From Candidatus Saccharimonadota bacterium (GTDB lineage Bacteria; Patescibacteriota; Gracilibacteria; UBA4473): a DNA stretch of 32,000 nucleotides. Position 1 is the stretch's first letter. Every line of letters begins with the position of its first letter. Under the pieces are notes generated by a model. That model was not told the DNA's origin and ran no database searches. It saw only the letters and a list, made by a program, of their open reading frames with translations. This document shows positions 14,372 through 23,322 of this stretch, piece by piece. Both the position numbers and the translations under genes were made by a program. The stretch is from positions 420,001-452,000 of the forward strand of contig JACKFV010000001.1 of assembly GCA_020632335.1 (NCBI GenBank), in the 5' to 3' direction.

Positions 14372-15898
14372 CTACAGGGCTGTCTGCTGGCGGTAGGAGA
14401 GCGCCTCGGCGATGTGCGGGGTGGTGAGATGCTCCTCATCAGCGAGGTCAGCTATGGTGCGGGCGAGCTTCAGCACTCGCGTATATCCACGCCCAGAGAG
14501 GTGCAGCTGCCGTACGGCGGTCTGCAGGAGCTGCTCGGCGTCAGGAGGGAGGGCGCAGTGGCGCTTCATAAGGGGAGAGGTCATCTCGGCATTGCAGGTC
14601 ACGCTCGTGCCACGGAAGCGCTCTGTCTGGCGTTCTCGCGCTGCTACCACCCGCTGGCGGATACTCGCACTGGACTCGGGTTCGGTGCTCTGGGTGTACT
14701 TCTCTACAGGGATACGGGGGACGGTGAGGTGGAGGTCTATGCGGTCGAGGATGGGCCCGCTGACCCGCTGCTGGTAGCGCTGTACCTGGTGCGCGGAGCA
14801 GCTGCAGGGCTTCTCGGGGTCAGTGGCGTAGCCGCAGGGGCAGGGGTTCATGGCGGCGATGAGGAGGATCTGCGCGGGGAACTGGCAGGTGCCGGACGCC
14901 CTGCTGACGGTAATAACGCCGTCCTCTAGCGGCTGTCGGAGTACTTCGAGGGTTTTTTGGTGGAACTCGGCAAACTCATCCAGGAAGAGTACCCCGCGGT
15001 GCGCCAGGCTTATCTCCCCGGGTTTGGGGGGGTTGCCACCTCCTACGATGGCTACGCCGCTGGCGGTATGGTGCACGGGGCGAAAGGGTCGATGGATATG
15101 CCGGATATCCTCACTGCTGGTGAGCCCCGCGACGGAATGCACACGGATAATATCCAGCCGCTCGGTCATGCTTAGGGGTGGCAAAATAGTGCGTATGGCC
15201 TTTGCTAGCATGGTCTTCCCACTCCCTGGGGGGCCCGTCATGAGGATATTATGCCCGCCGGCCGCGGCGATCTCCAGCGCACGTTTGGCCTGCTCCTGGC
15301 CCTTGACGTGACACAGATCGTGCTCGGTGACCTCCGTGGTATACTCCGGGGTTGGCTCGGCTGGCATGACAGGCGAAAGGAGCGCTGTGCCGCTGAGGTG
15401 GTCTAGCAGTGCCGTGAGGGTAGGCGCGGGGTAGACCGCTATCCCCTCCACCAGTGAGGCCTCGGTGGCGTTTGCCTCGGGGATGAAGACCTGCTCATAG
15501 CCCATTTCCTTGGCCTGCAGCACGGTGGGGAGGACGCCGGTGATGGGTCGCAGTTCCCCGGTGAACCCCAGCTCCCCGATGAATATACTACTCTCTAACG
15601 CGTCTGGCTCGGGCACCTGCCCGGTAGCAAAGAGGATCCCCAGTGCCATAGGGAGGTCAAAGCGCGGGCCGTGTTTCTTGAGGTCTGCGGGTGCCATATT
15701 GATGACGACTTTCTGCCGGGGGAACTCGAAATTACTATTCTTAATGGCCGTACGGACGCGTTCCCGGGCCTCTTGTACCGAGGCATCTGGCAGCCCCACG
15801 ATGGTGAATGCGGGCAGCCCACGGTGGATATCCACCTCGATCTCTACCGCGTGGGCTGTGAGGCCAAAGAGCGTGAGGGACTGTAAGCGACTCAGCAT
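14372..15898 (-). CDS. comM: YifB/ComM family Mg-chelatase-like AAA+ ATPase
   Basis: N-terminal Lon-protease-like region (FTIVGLPDASVQEARERVRTAIKNS...DLPMALGIL). Walker A GPPGSGKTMLA. C-terminal ChlI-type domain. Confidence 0.95.
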   Translation of the reverse strand: MLSRLQSLTLFGLTAHAVEIEVDIHRGLPAFTIVGLPDASVQEARERVRTAIKNSNFEFPRQKVVINMAPADLKKHGPRFDLPMALGILFATGQVPEPDALESSIFIGELGFTGELRPITGVLPTVLQAKEMGYEQVFIPEANATEASLVEGIAVYPAPTLTALLDHLSGTALLSPVMPAEPTPEYTTEVTEHDLCHVKGQEQAKRALEIAAAGGHNILMTGPPGSGKTMLAKAIRTILPPLSMTERLDIIRVHSVAGLTSSEDIRHIHRPFRPVHHTASGVAIVGGGNPPKPGEISLAHRGVLFLDEFAEFHQKTLEVLRQPLEDGVITVSRASGTCQFPAQILLIAAMNPCPCGYATDPEKPCSCSAHQVQRYQQRVSGPILDRIDLHLTVPRIPVEKYTQSTEPESSASIRQRVVAARERQTERFRGTSVTCNAEMTSPLMKRHCALPPDAEQLLQTAVRQLHLSGRGYTRVLKLARTIADLADEEHLTTPHIAEALSYRQQTAL

Positions 15899-15904
15899 GG
15901 CTAT

Positions 15905-15933
15905 AGCCTACGGCGCAGCGCATCTTCATGCAA
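15905..15933 (-). promoter_or_regulatory. Leaderless-type promoter of comM
   Basis: Minus strand: TTGCAT, 17 nt, TAGGCT, 6 nt, ATG 15898. Confidence 0.45.
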
Positions 15934-15998
15934 TAGAAAAGCGGGGAATCACGTTTTGTCTCCCGTTGTCTGTCTGCTGTTACTTGTAGGAGAGTGTG

Positions 15999-18182
15999 CT
16001 AGAGCACCTCTAGTGGCGCTATACTCTGCAGGAGCTTCTTCATGCCTTTGCCGGCAAAGGCCACCTGCACCACGTCCCCGTTTACCAGGATAACCGTGCC
16101 CTCACCGTACTGCTGGCTGCGCACTCGCATACCAGGCCGCAAAGCCTCCTCCTGGCCAAAGACCGCACTCCGCAGGCTGTCCCCCGCCATCACGTTGCCA
16201 TAACTCCCCAGGGCTATACGGCCACTACGGGCACTCTGAGGCATGGTACCGTAGGTTGTCTGCTCTATGTGCTCGGGGTGGAGCTCGGCCAAGAAGAGCG
16301 AGGGCGACTGCTGCGTTCGCTGGCCATAGAGCAGCCGCCACTGCGCATGGGTGATGGTCAGCTGCTGCTTGGCCCGGGTGATGGCCACATAGGCTAGGCG
16401 GCGGGCTTCCTCCAGCTCACTGTGCTCTTGCAGGTCGCTCTGGCTGGGGAAGAGTCCGTCCTCCCACCCGCAGAGGAAGACAATGGGGAACTCCAGCCCC
16501 TTACTGGCATGGATGGTCATGAGCGTTACCGCGCCGTCATGGTCCTCGGCACGGTCAGCGTCGCTTAGTAGTGCGGCCCCCTCGAGGAAGTCTGCTAGCG
16601 GGAAGGCGCTCCCGGCATACCGCCCGGCCACGGAATACAGCTCTCTCACGTTCTGCTGGCGCATCTCTCCCGCCTCAGACCCGTCCTCCAGCGACGAGAG
16701 ATACCCGGTATCCTCCAGCACACGGTCGAGGATAAGCTCCACGGGTTGCTGCACTCCGGCTGCCTCCCAGCGCTGGTACATCTGTGCAAACTGCCCCAGC
16801 GCGGCTCGCTTACTCTTGGGGAGCTCCTCCATCTCCTCCGCGTGCTGCAGGGCGCTGAGCTGACTCATGCCAAAGTCCTGCGCGTAGCGGGCTACAACCT
16901 CCAGCGTTTTCTCCCCCAGTTGACGGCTGGGGACGTTAATAATCCGGTCAAACGCCAGGTCGTCCGCAGGGTTGAAGAGCAGCCGCAGGTAGGCGATGAC
17001 GTCTTTGATCTCCGCACGAGCCATGAAGGGCGTGCCGCCGGTTATCTGGTAGGGGATGCCCTGGCGTAGGAGCGCTTCCTCCAGTACGCGGCTGAGGGCA
17101 TTCATGCGGTAGAGCACGGCCATGTCGCTATAGCTGTGGCCGGCGTGGTGCAGCTCTTGCATACGGTGGGCGATGTAGAGGGCTTCCTCCCTCTCGTCTG
17201 CGGTGGCGATGATGGCTACCTGCTCGCCCGCGGGGTTCTCCGTCCAGAGGCGCTTGCTACGGCCGGTGGTATTCTGGGCGATGAGATGGTTGGCATTGGC
17301 CAGTATGCTGGGGGTGGAGCGGTAGTTCTGCTCTAGCTTGATCACGGTCGCGGTAGGGAAGTCCGCCTCGAAGTTCAGGATATTGGTAAAGTCTGCGCCG
17401 CGGAAGCCATAGATAGACTGCGAGTCATCGCCGATCACCGCGAGGTTCTGGTACTTGCCTGCCAGCAAGCGGATGAGCCGGTACTGCGCAAAGTTCGTGT
17501 CTTGGTACTCGTCTACCATCAGGTAGCGCCAGCGGTCTTGGTACTGTTCCAGTAGCTTTGGGTCGTGCTCTAAGAGCTGCACGGTAGCCATGATGAGATC
17601 GTCGAAATCCAGCGCATTGGCCGCCCGCAGCCGCCGCTGGTACTCGGGGTAGATCTCCGCCACGGCTCTGGTAAAGGGGTTGGGGTCTATACTGGCCGCG
17701 TAGTCGCCGGGGGTCTGCAGCAGGTTCTTGGCGCTGGAGATATGGCTGCGCACCGCACGGGGCTTGAGCCGTGTGTGCTGCATCTCCTCCAGGATGCGCT
17801 TGATGAGGGCCTCTTGGTCGCCTGTGTCATAGATGAGAAAGCGGCTGTCATACCCCAGTGGGGCTATGTGCCGGCGCAACACCCCCACGCACACGCTGTG
17901 GAAGGTCCCCATGGTGGGCGTCTCATACCCCTGCCCAAGCGATGAGAGCAGTCCCTCCACGCGGTGCTGCATCTCCTTAGCGGCTTTGTTGGTAAAGGTG
18001 ACCGCCAAGATCTGCCAGCCAGGGATGCCACTGGCCATCATATGCGCTATGCGGTGGGTGAGCGATTTGGTCTTCCCACTGCCGGCTCCGGCCAGTATCA
18101 GCAGCGGGCCATGTATATGCTCAGCGGCGGCCCGCTGCTGCGGGTTGAGGGGGGCGAGAATCTGCTCGGTACTGGTGGCCAT
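15999..18182 (-). CDS. pcrA: ATP-dependent DNA helicase PcrA/UvrD
   Basis: LNPQQRAAAEH..GPLLILAGAGSGKTKSLTHRIAHMM, SF1 helicase motifs throughout, and a C-terminal Tudor-like tail (GMRVRSQQYGEGTVI). Confidence 0.95.
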   Translation of the reverse strand: MATSTEQILAPLNPQQRAAAEHIHGPLLILAGAGSGKTKSLTHRIAHMMASGIPGWQILAVTFTNKAAKEMQHRVEGLLSSLGQGYETPTMGTFHSVCVGVLRRHIAPLGYDSRFLIYDTGDQEALIKRILEEMQHTRLKPRAVRSHISSAKNLLQTPGDYAASIDPNPFTRAVAEIYPEYQRRLRAANALDFDDLIMATVQLLEHDPKLLEQYQDRWRYLMVDEYQDTNFAQYRLIRLLAGKYQNLAVIGDDSQSIYGFRGADFTNILNFEADFPTATVIKLEQNYRSTPSILANANHLIAQNTTGRSKRLWTENPAGEQVAIIATADEREEALYIAHRMQELHHAGHSYSDMAVLYRMNALSRVLEEALLRQGIPYQITGGTPFMARAEIKDVIAYLRLLFNPADDLAFDRIINVPSRQLGEKTLEVVARYAQDFGMSQLSALQHAEEMEELPKSKRAALGQFAQMYQRWEAAGVQQPVELILDRVLEDTGYLSSLEDGSEAGEMRQQNVRELYSVAGRYAGSAFPLADFLEGAALLSDADRAEDHDGAVTLMTIHASKGLEFPIVFLCGWEDGLFPSQSDLQEHSELEEARRLAYVAITRAKQQLTITHAQWRLLYGQRTQQSPSLFLAELHPEHIEQTTYGTMPQSARSGRIALGSYGNVMAGDSLRSAVFGQEEALRPGMRVRSQQYGEGTVILVNGDVVQVAFAGKGMKKLLQSIAPLEVL

Positions 18183-18188
18183 ACCCGC

Positions 18189-18197
18189 TCTATAGCA
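18189..18197 (-). promoter_or_regulatory. Extended -10 element of a leaderless pcrA promoter
   Basis: Minus strand: TGcTATAGA, then 6 nt, then ATG 18182. No good -35 element is present. Confidence 0.4.
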
Positions 18198-18227
18198 AAA
18201 TAAAGCCCCTCAGGCGAGCGATTTGGC

Positions 18228-18256
18228 TTGTGTTTTGTGGCGGCAGTATCTACAGT
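18228..18256 (+). promoter_or_regulatory. Leaderless-type promoter of smpB
   Basis: TTGTGT, 17 nt, TACAGT, 6 nt, ATG 18263. Confidence 0.4.
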
Positions 18257-18262
18257 AACCCT

Positions 18263-18703
18263 ATGCCACCGCTCCTGCAGCACCGTGCCGCGACCTACCA
18301 CTATGAGATCCTGGAGACCTACGAGGCCGGGATGGTGCTCAGCAGCTGGGAGGTGAAGAGTCTGAAGGCCAAGCACGCGCATATGAAGAGCGCCTACGCC
18401 CGCATAGATGACGGCGAGGTGTGGCTCTACGGGCTGCACATCAGCCCCTGGCAGTACACCACCACCGAGGACATGCCCCCCACCAGGCCGCGCAAACTCC
18501 TCCTGCACCAGCGAGAGATAGAGCGCCTGCACGCTGCGGTACAGCAAAAACGCCTGACCCTGGTGCCGCTCAGTATCTTCTTGGTCCGGGGGAGGATAAA
18601 GCTGTCGCTGGGGCTGGGCAAGGGCCGCAAACGCCACGAGAAAAAACAGGTGCTCAAGGAGCGTAGTATCACCAAAGACCTCCGTCAGCAGGGCATACGC
18701 TAG
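18263..18703 (+). CDS. smpB: SsrA-binding protein SmpB
   Basis: HRAATYHYEILETYEAGMVLSSWEVKSLK...LYGLHISPW, with a basic C-terminal tail. ATG 18263 is preferred over GTG 18230. Confidence 0.95.
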   Translation: MPPLLQHRAATYHYEILETYEAGMVLSSWEVKSLKAKHAHMKSAYARIDDGEVWLYGLHISPWQYTTTEDMPPTRPRKLLLHQREIERLHAAVQQKRLTLVPLSIFLVRGRIKLSLGLGKGRKRHEKKQVLKERSITKDLRQQGIR

Positions 18704-18706
18704 AGG

Positions 18707-20020
18707 CTACTCCACGTTGATGAAGCTGTTGATGGCGTCCATTACCGCTTCGGCTTGCTCCAGCGTGATGCCCACCTCGGCCAGTTCCTCGGGCTTGAGC
18801 CCCTCGTATTGCTTGATCTGGCTCAGGCCCATTTCGCTCAGCAGCGCGGCTACCGCAGGGTCTATACCGTCTAGGGTATCGATGGTCAGGTCCTCGGCGA
18901 TCACCTTGCGGCGGCGCCCTCCGCGTGGGCTGGCGGCGGTTTTTTTCTCTTCTTGCAGGGCTTCGTCTTCCTCTGGCGGCCCGTCAAAGGTCAGCACGTC
19001 TATTTGTAGATTCAGCAGTTGGCTGGCCAGGCGGACATTCTGCCCCTGACGCCCGATGGTCATGGCGCGCTCCTCCTCCTTCACAAAGAGCTTGACGCGT
19101 TCCTCACCATTAGCCCCTTCGTAGAACTCCACCTTGGAGATCTTGGCCGGGCTGAGGGCGGCCTTCAGCATGCGTTTTTTGTCGTCGTAGTGCTGGATCA
19201 CATCAATGCGCTCATCACCCACCTCGGCCGTCACGGCGTTTATCCGGCTCCCGCGCTGCCCCACAAAGGCCCCGACAGGGTCTACAGAGGCGTCTTCGCT
19301 CGCCACGGCTATCTTCGTCCGGACGCCGGGCTCACGGGCGATGAGCGCTGGGTAGACTACGCCCTCGCGGAGTTCGGGGATTTCTTGCTCAAAGAGCGCC
19401 ACGATGAAGTCTTTGCTCGCACGGGTGATGCGCAGCTGCGGCCCCTTGGTGGTGGATTCCACCTTCTCCAGCAGTACCTTGAGGCGCTGACCGGTGAAGT
19501 AGCGCTCCCGGGGGATCTGCCCCCGACGGTAGAGCAGCGTGCTTACGCCGTCTATCTCCAGCAGCACCACGTCGCCATCGGCCTTCTGTACCCGGGCGGT
19601 GAGGAGCGTGCCCTCGCTGTCCTTGAACTTATGGAAAAGCATCTCGCGCTCGGCTTCTTGCAGTTTCTGGCTGATGATATGCTTGGCGGTCTGCGCGGCG
19701 ATGCGCCCAAAGTTCTCGTGCGGCGGGGTGAGGACAAACACCTCATCGCCTATTTCCGCATTGGGCTGGATCTTCTTCGCGTCCTTGAGGAGGATCTCGG
19801 TGTCGATGTCGGTCATGCTCTCCACTACGTCTCGTACTTCGAAGATCCGCAGGTCGGTGATGTCATCCCCCAGGACGACTTTTACGTTCTGGTGTGGGGA
19901 GCCAAAGTCACGCTTATACGCTACGGCTATGGCATTCTCGACGGCCTCTATCACGATGTCTTTGTTCAGATTCTTCTCTGCACAGAGCTGGTTGATGGCG
20001 GCCTGGAGTTTACTTTGCAT
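18707..20020 (-). CDS. nusA: Transcription termination/antitermination factor NusA
   Basis: N-terminal motif LCAEKNLNKDIVIEAVENAIAVAYKRDFG. S1 and KH regions (FVGQRGSRINAVTAEVGDERIDVI) and a C-terminal HhH-like tail. ATG at 20020 gives MQSKL. Confidence 0.95.
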   Translation of the reverse strand: MQSKLQAAINQLCAEKNLNKDIVIEAVENAIAVAYKRDFGSPHQNVKVVLGDDITDLRIFEVRDVVESMTDIDTEILLKDAKKIQPNAEIGDEVFVLTPPHENFGRIAAQTAKHIISQKLQEAEREMLFHKFKDSEGTLLTARVQKADGDVVLLEIDGVSTLLYRRGQIPRERYFTGQRLKVLLEKVESTTKGPQLRITRASKDFIVALFEQEIPELREGVVYPALIAREPGVRTKIAVASEDASVDPVGAFVGQRGSRINAVTAEVGDERIDVIQHYDDKKRMLKAALSPAKISKVEFYEGANGEERVKLFVKEEERAMTIGRQGQNVRLASQLLNLQIDVLTFDGPPEEDEALQEEKKTAASPRGGRRRKVIAEDLTIDTLDGIDPAVAALLSEMGLSQIKQYEGLKPEELAEVGITLEQAEAVMDAINSFINVE

Positions 20021-20092
20021 GCACACAAGCGTTACGAAAAATCCATGCTGATAAGAGTATCACCATGAAGTACATCTAGATCGTTGCATGGA

Positions 20093-20122
20093 GAGTATCG
20101 CCATGGGGGGCTGGGGTGTCAA
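20093..20122 (-). promoter_or_regulatory. Putative nusA promoter (leadered)
   Basis: Minus strand: TTGACA (20122-20117), 18 nt, GATACT (20098-20093). The leader to ATG 20020 is roughly 65 nt. Confidence 0.4.
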
Positions 20123-20156
20123 GTGAATTTTGCGGTATCTGCGGGCGCCTCCCCGC

Positions 20157-20184
20157 TTGCAGAGTGGTGTCGGCCCGCTATACT
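20157..20184 (+). promoter_or_regulatory. Leaderless-type promoter of mltG
   Basis: TTGCAG, 16 nt, TATACT, 7 nt, ATG 20192. Confidence 0.5.
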
Positions 20185-20191
20185 CCGGCGC

Positions 20192-21235
20192 ATGAAGCAG
20201 CGCATCTACTCGGCGTATAGGGCTCCTGCGCGGGGGAAGGGAGAGAAAGCCGCTCCACGACGGCGCTGGTGGGTCCTCAGTGGGGTGCTAGTGCTGGGCC
20301 TCCTGGTGGGGGTGATGGCCTGGCGGTGGGTCCTCAGCGCGTGGTACTCACCCCAGTCGCTTGACCCCACGCTGGTGAGCCTTGTCATCGCTCCCGGGAG
20401 TAGTGCCAGTGCAGTGGCGGCTCAGCTGGAGGACGCCGGGGTGATCCGCTCTGCGCTGCTCTTTAGCCTCTACGGACGCTATTATGGGCTGAGTAGCACG
20501 GTGCAGGCGGGCAGCTATAGCCTCGGCAGAGACCTCACTTATGAGCAGCTCTATGCTCAGCTACAGCATGGCCAGAGTGATGAGGTGAAGATCACCATCC
20601 CTGAGGGCTACACGCTGGCGCAGATAGACGCGCTGCTGGCCGAGAAGGGACTCACTGCCCCGGGGGAGATCCTCACCTGCGCTGCTGACTGCGGCTTGCC
20701 GTATGACCTGCCATCGCTGGAGGGTTATCTCTTCCCCGACACCTACTACATTCCGCTGGCAGACTTCAGCCCACGGTGGTTTATTACCCTGCTGAAGAAT
20801 ACCTTTGACAAGCGCCTGAGTGAGGCGGGCTACACGGCAGATAGCCCCCGCACGGTGCAGCAGGTGGTCACTATGGCCAGCATGGTAGAGCGCGAAGCCG
20901 CGCATGATGGTGAGATGCCGGTGATCGCCGGTATCCTCTGGAAGCGCCTGGACGAGGGTATGCAGCTGGGGGTAGACGCCACCACGCGCTATGCCAAAGA
21001 TGACTGGACGGGGCCGCTCTACGCGGCGGACTTTGACACCGATGACCCCTACAATACCCGCCGCCAGTATGGGCTACCGCCGACGGCCATCGGCAACCCC
21101 GGGCTCGCAGCACTGCGCGCAGCCGTGCACCCCGAACCCAGCGACTACTACTATTACCTGCACGACAGCAGCGGGCGGATCCACTACGGGCGCACGCTAG
21201 ACGAGCACAACGCCAACAAGCGGGACTATCTCTAG
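20192..21235 (+). CDS. mltG: Endolytic murein transglycosylase MltG (YceG-like)
   Basis: N-terminal TM anchor. Motifs IPEGYTLAQID, MASMVEREAA and YNTRRQYGLPPTAIGNPGLAALRAAVHP. The start at 20192 (MKQRIY) is supported by promoter geometry. Confidence 0.9.
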   Translation: MKQRIYSAYRAPARGKGEKAAPRRRWWVLSGVLVLGLLVGVMAWRWVLSAWYSPQSLDPTLVSLVIAPGSSASAVAAQLEDAGVIRSALLFSLYGRYYGLSSTVQAGSYSLGRDLTYEQLYAQLQHGQSDEVKITIPEGYTLAQIDALLAEKGLTAPGEILTCAADCGLPYDLPSLEGYLFPDTYYIPLADFSPRWFITLLKNTFDKRLSEAGYTADSPRTVQQVVTMASMVEREAAHDGEMPVIAGILWKRLDEGMQLGVDATTRYAKDDWTGPLYAADFDTDDPYNTRRQYGLPPTAIGNPGLAALRAAVHPEPSDYYYYLHDSSGRIHYGRTLDEHNANKRDYL

Positions 21236-21238
21236 CGC

Positions 21239-22156
21239 TTAGTTATTGTGTGTGCTGAGCGTGAAGAGGTCGATCACCGGTGGCACGCCCAGGCGTATGG
21301 GGAGTGCCATTTCTCCGAGCCCCGTGGTGATGAAGAGCGGTAGACCGTCTATGGTATAGCTCCCATGGTCAAAGCCATAGGCCGAAGGAATCATCCAGTG
21401 GTAGAAGGGCGGGATGCGCACCTGCCCGCCGTGGGTATGGCCGCTGAGGAGGAGGTCCAGCGTGTGGCCCTGGGGGAGCTGATAGGCGATGTCTGGCGAG
21501 TGGCTGAGCGCGATGACGCTCTCCTCTGGTGGGGTGCTCGTGGCTAGGGCGGTATTCACGGGGTAGTAGGACTCGTCCCCCAGGCCAATGAGCGTGAGAT
21601 TCTCCCCTCCCAGAGAGAGCTCTCGTGCCTGCTCGTCAATGACTTGCACCCCTACGCTGCGCAGCGCTTGGGCTACTTCTACCCCCGTGAAGCCACTGCT
21701 AGAAGGCAAGTCGTGGTTGCCCAGCACGGCATACACGGGCATGGTGAGGGCCTGGAGTGGAGCAAAATACTCGGGGAGTTGCTCCTCGGTAATGGCGTGG
21801 GTGAAGTCCCCCGCGATGAGTACCGCGTCCACTGCTTGCTGCTGGAGCGTCTCTACTACTCGACGGAGGAAAGCAGGAGACTTGTAGGCCCCCAGGTGGA
21901 GGTCTGAGAGCAGCGCGAGGCGCACCGGGCGGCTTGGGGTGAAGCCGGGGAGGGAGAGCGGATGCTCGGCCACGGTGATGATTTGCGGCTCGATAAACCG
22001 CATATAGCTGCCCAGTAGCAGTACCCCTACCCCCAGGCCATAGAGGAGATGCCTCCACCAGCGCCTGGGAGCGCGCCCCCACCAGTACAACAGCAGCACT
22101 ATGGCGGGCACCAGCAGCCATGACCATCCCATGATGCCCTTAGCGAGCCAGATCAT
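21239..22156 (-). CDS. Membrane-anchored metallophosphoesterase (YkuE/YaeI-like)
   Basis: Motifs LSDLHLG, IAGDFTH, LGNHD and SGHTHGGQV, preceded by N-terminal TM helices. Confidence 0.9.
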   Translation of the reverse strand: MIWLAKGIMGWSWLLVPAIVLLLYWWGRAPRRWWRHLLYGLGVGVLLLGSYMRFIEPQIITVAEHPLSLPGFTPSRPVRLALLSDLHLGAYKSPAFLRRVVETLQQQAVDAVLIAGDFTHAITEEQLPEYFAPLQALTMPVYAVLGNHDLPSSSGFTGVEVAQALRSVGVQVIDEQARELSLGGENLTLIGLGDESYYPVNTALATSTPPEESVIALSHSPDIAYQLPQGHTLDLLLSGHTHGGQVRIPPFYHWMIPSAYGFDHGSYTIDGLPLFITTGLGEMALPIRLGVPPVIDLFTLSTHNN

Positions 22157-22162
22157 ATGGCT

Positions 22163-22190
22163 ACGATATCCGGTGTATTTGGCTCGTCAA
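22163..22190 (-). promoter_or_regulatory. Leaderless-type promoter of the metallophosphoesterase gene
   Basis: Minus strand: TTGACG, 16 nt, TATCGT, 6 nt, ATG 22156. Confidence 0.5.
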
Positions 22191-22197
22191 TGCCTGC

Positions 22198-22225
22198 TTG
22201 TCAGCAGCAGTAGGAGGCCTATACT
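22198..22225 (+). promoter_or_regulatory. Leaderless-type promoter of tatD
   Basis: TTGTCA, 16 nt, TATACT, 6 nt, ATG 22232. Confidence 0.55.
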
Positions 22226-22231
22226 ACCCCC

Positions 22232-23089
22232 ATGCTCCCCCTGATAGACACCCACGCGCACTACTACTTCCGTGACTTTGACGCCGATAGAGAGCGGGCC
22301 CTTGCCCGAGATAGCGCCGCGGGGGTCCTCGCTAGTGTGCAGATAGGCTGTGACGAAGTGAGTAGCCTGGCCGCTATACGCCTGGCCCAGCAGCACCCGG
22401 GCATGTACACCACTGTGGGGCTGCACCCCTGTGACGCGCTGCAGGTGGGGCGGCAGCCGCGCCAGTATGCCGGTATGGAGGACTACGTCCCGCGAGGACG
22501 AGACTGGGACAGCCTCTTTACGGTATTTAGAGAGCTGATAGAGCGGCACCCGGGCACGGTGGTGGGGGTGGGGGAGTGCGGCTTTGACCGCTATCATGAT
22601 GCCTCTGAGGCGCTGTATACCGCGCAGTACGAGAGCTTCCGGCGGCACTTGGCGCTCAGCCGGGAGTACGAGCTGCCGTTGGTCATCCACAGCCGGGCCT
22701 CTACACCGGAGCTAGAGGCCTTTATGAAAGAGTATATGCGGGGTCAGGGGGACCGCTTTGTGGTGCACTGCTTCAGCGAGGGAGCCGCGTTTGCTCGCTC
22801 CGTCACTGCGGAGCCGGGGGGATACATCGGCATCGGTGGTGTGGCCACATACCAGAATGCCGCAGCCGTGCGGGAGGCCATCATCGCGGCGCCGCTGGAG
22901 CGGATATTGACCGAGACCGACGCGCCATTCCTGGTACCGGCGGCCTATAAAAAGACCCATAAACGCTGTGAGAGTGCTATGATGGATACCGTCGTGGAGC
23001 TCATTGCGGCGCTTAAACAGGTGCCGCTAGAGGACTGCGCGGCGCAGCTGGTAACTAATGCACAGCGGTTTTATGGCATTAACGAGTGA
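22232..23089 (+). CDS. tatD: TatD family metal-dependent hydrolase/DNase
   Basis: Motifs LIDTHAHYYF, GECGFD, VIHSRAS, VVHCFSE and LTETDAPFLVP. Confidence 0.95.
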   Translation: MLPLIDTHAHYYFRDFDADRERALARDSAAGVLASVQIGCDEVSSLAAIRLAQQHPGMYTTVGLHPCDALQVGRQPRQYAGMEDYVPRGRDWDSLFTVFRELIERHPGTVVGVGECGFDRYHDASEALYTAQYESFRRHLALSREYELPLVIHSRASTPELEAFMKEYMRGQGDRFVVHCFSEGAAFARSVTAEPGGYIGIGGVATYQNAAAVREAIIAAPLERILTETDAPFLVPAAYKKTHKRCESAMMDTVVELIAALKQVPLEDCAAQLVTNAQRFYGINE

Positions 23090-23201
23090 GGACAGGGGAA
23101 GAGAACTGTAGTGTTAGTTTTTGATAAAGGCACCATAAAGAACCGAGGTCGGGGTTTCTCATCATGGAGCATGGGGATTAAGGCAACACGGGGGCCTCAT
23201 G

Positions 23202-23275
23202 TGGCAGGCGCGGTAGGAATCGAACCCACACCAAGGGCTTTGGAGACCCTTGTTCTACCATTAAACTACGCGCCT
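23202..23275 (-). tRNA. tRNA-Trp (anticodon CCA), with 3' CCA encoded
   Basis: The minus strand folds by hand as AGGCGCG-TA-GTTT-AATGGT-AGAAC-A-AGGGT-CTCCAAA-GCCCT-TGGT-GTGGG-TTCGATT-CCTAC-CGCGCCT-G-CCA. It has a 7-bp acceptor stem, and the anticodon loop is CT-CCA-AA. Confidence 0.95.
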
Positions 23276-23294
23276 GTGCAAAAGAATCCCACTC

Positions 23295-23322
23295 ACTATA
23301 GCCCTGCTAGACTATCACGCAA
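23295..23322 (-). promoter_or_regulatory. Putative promoter of tRNA-Trp
   Basis: Minus strand: TTGCGT (inside the ruvC 3' end), 16 nt, TATAGT. The tRNA 5' end lies 19 nt downstream of the -10 box. Confidence 0.4.

Noticed and set aside
15999-18182. UvrD-like helicase next to an AAA+ ATPase (comM) as a possible defence module, of the Gabija or other helicase-containing types.
   Set aside because: Both are full-length matches to housekeeping PcrA (including the C-terminal Tudor-like tail) and ComM/YifB. Each has its own promoter, and no nuclease or sensor partner genes are adjacent.
20084-20191. Upstream N-terminal extensions offered by the ORF track: mltG from 20084, mscS up to 25509, thrS up to 7095, methyltransferase from 25245, smpB from 18230, prfA from 12316.
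   Set aside because: The extensions have no homology and odd composition, and they would run through the mapped -35/-10 elements. The downstream ATGs coincide with the leaderless promoter geometry and with homologue N-termini.
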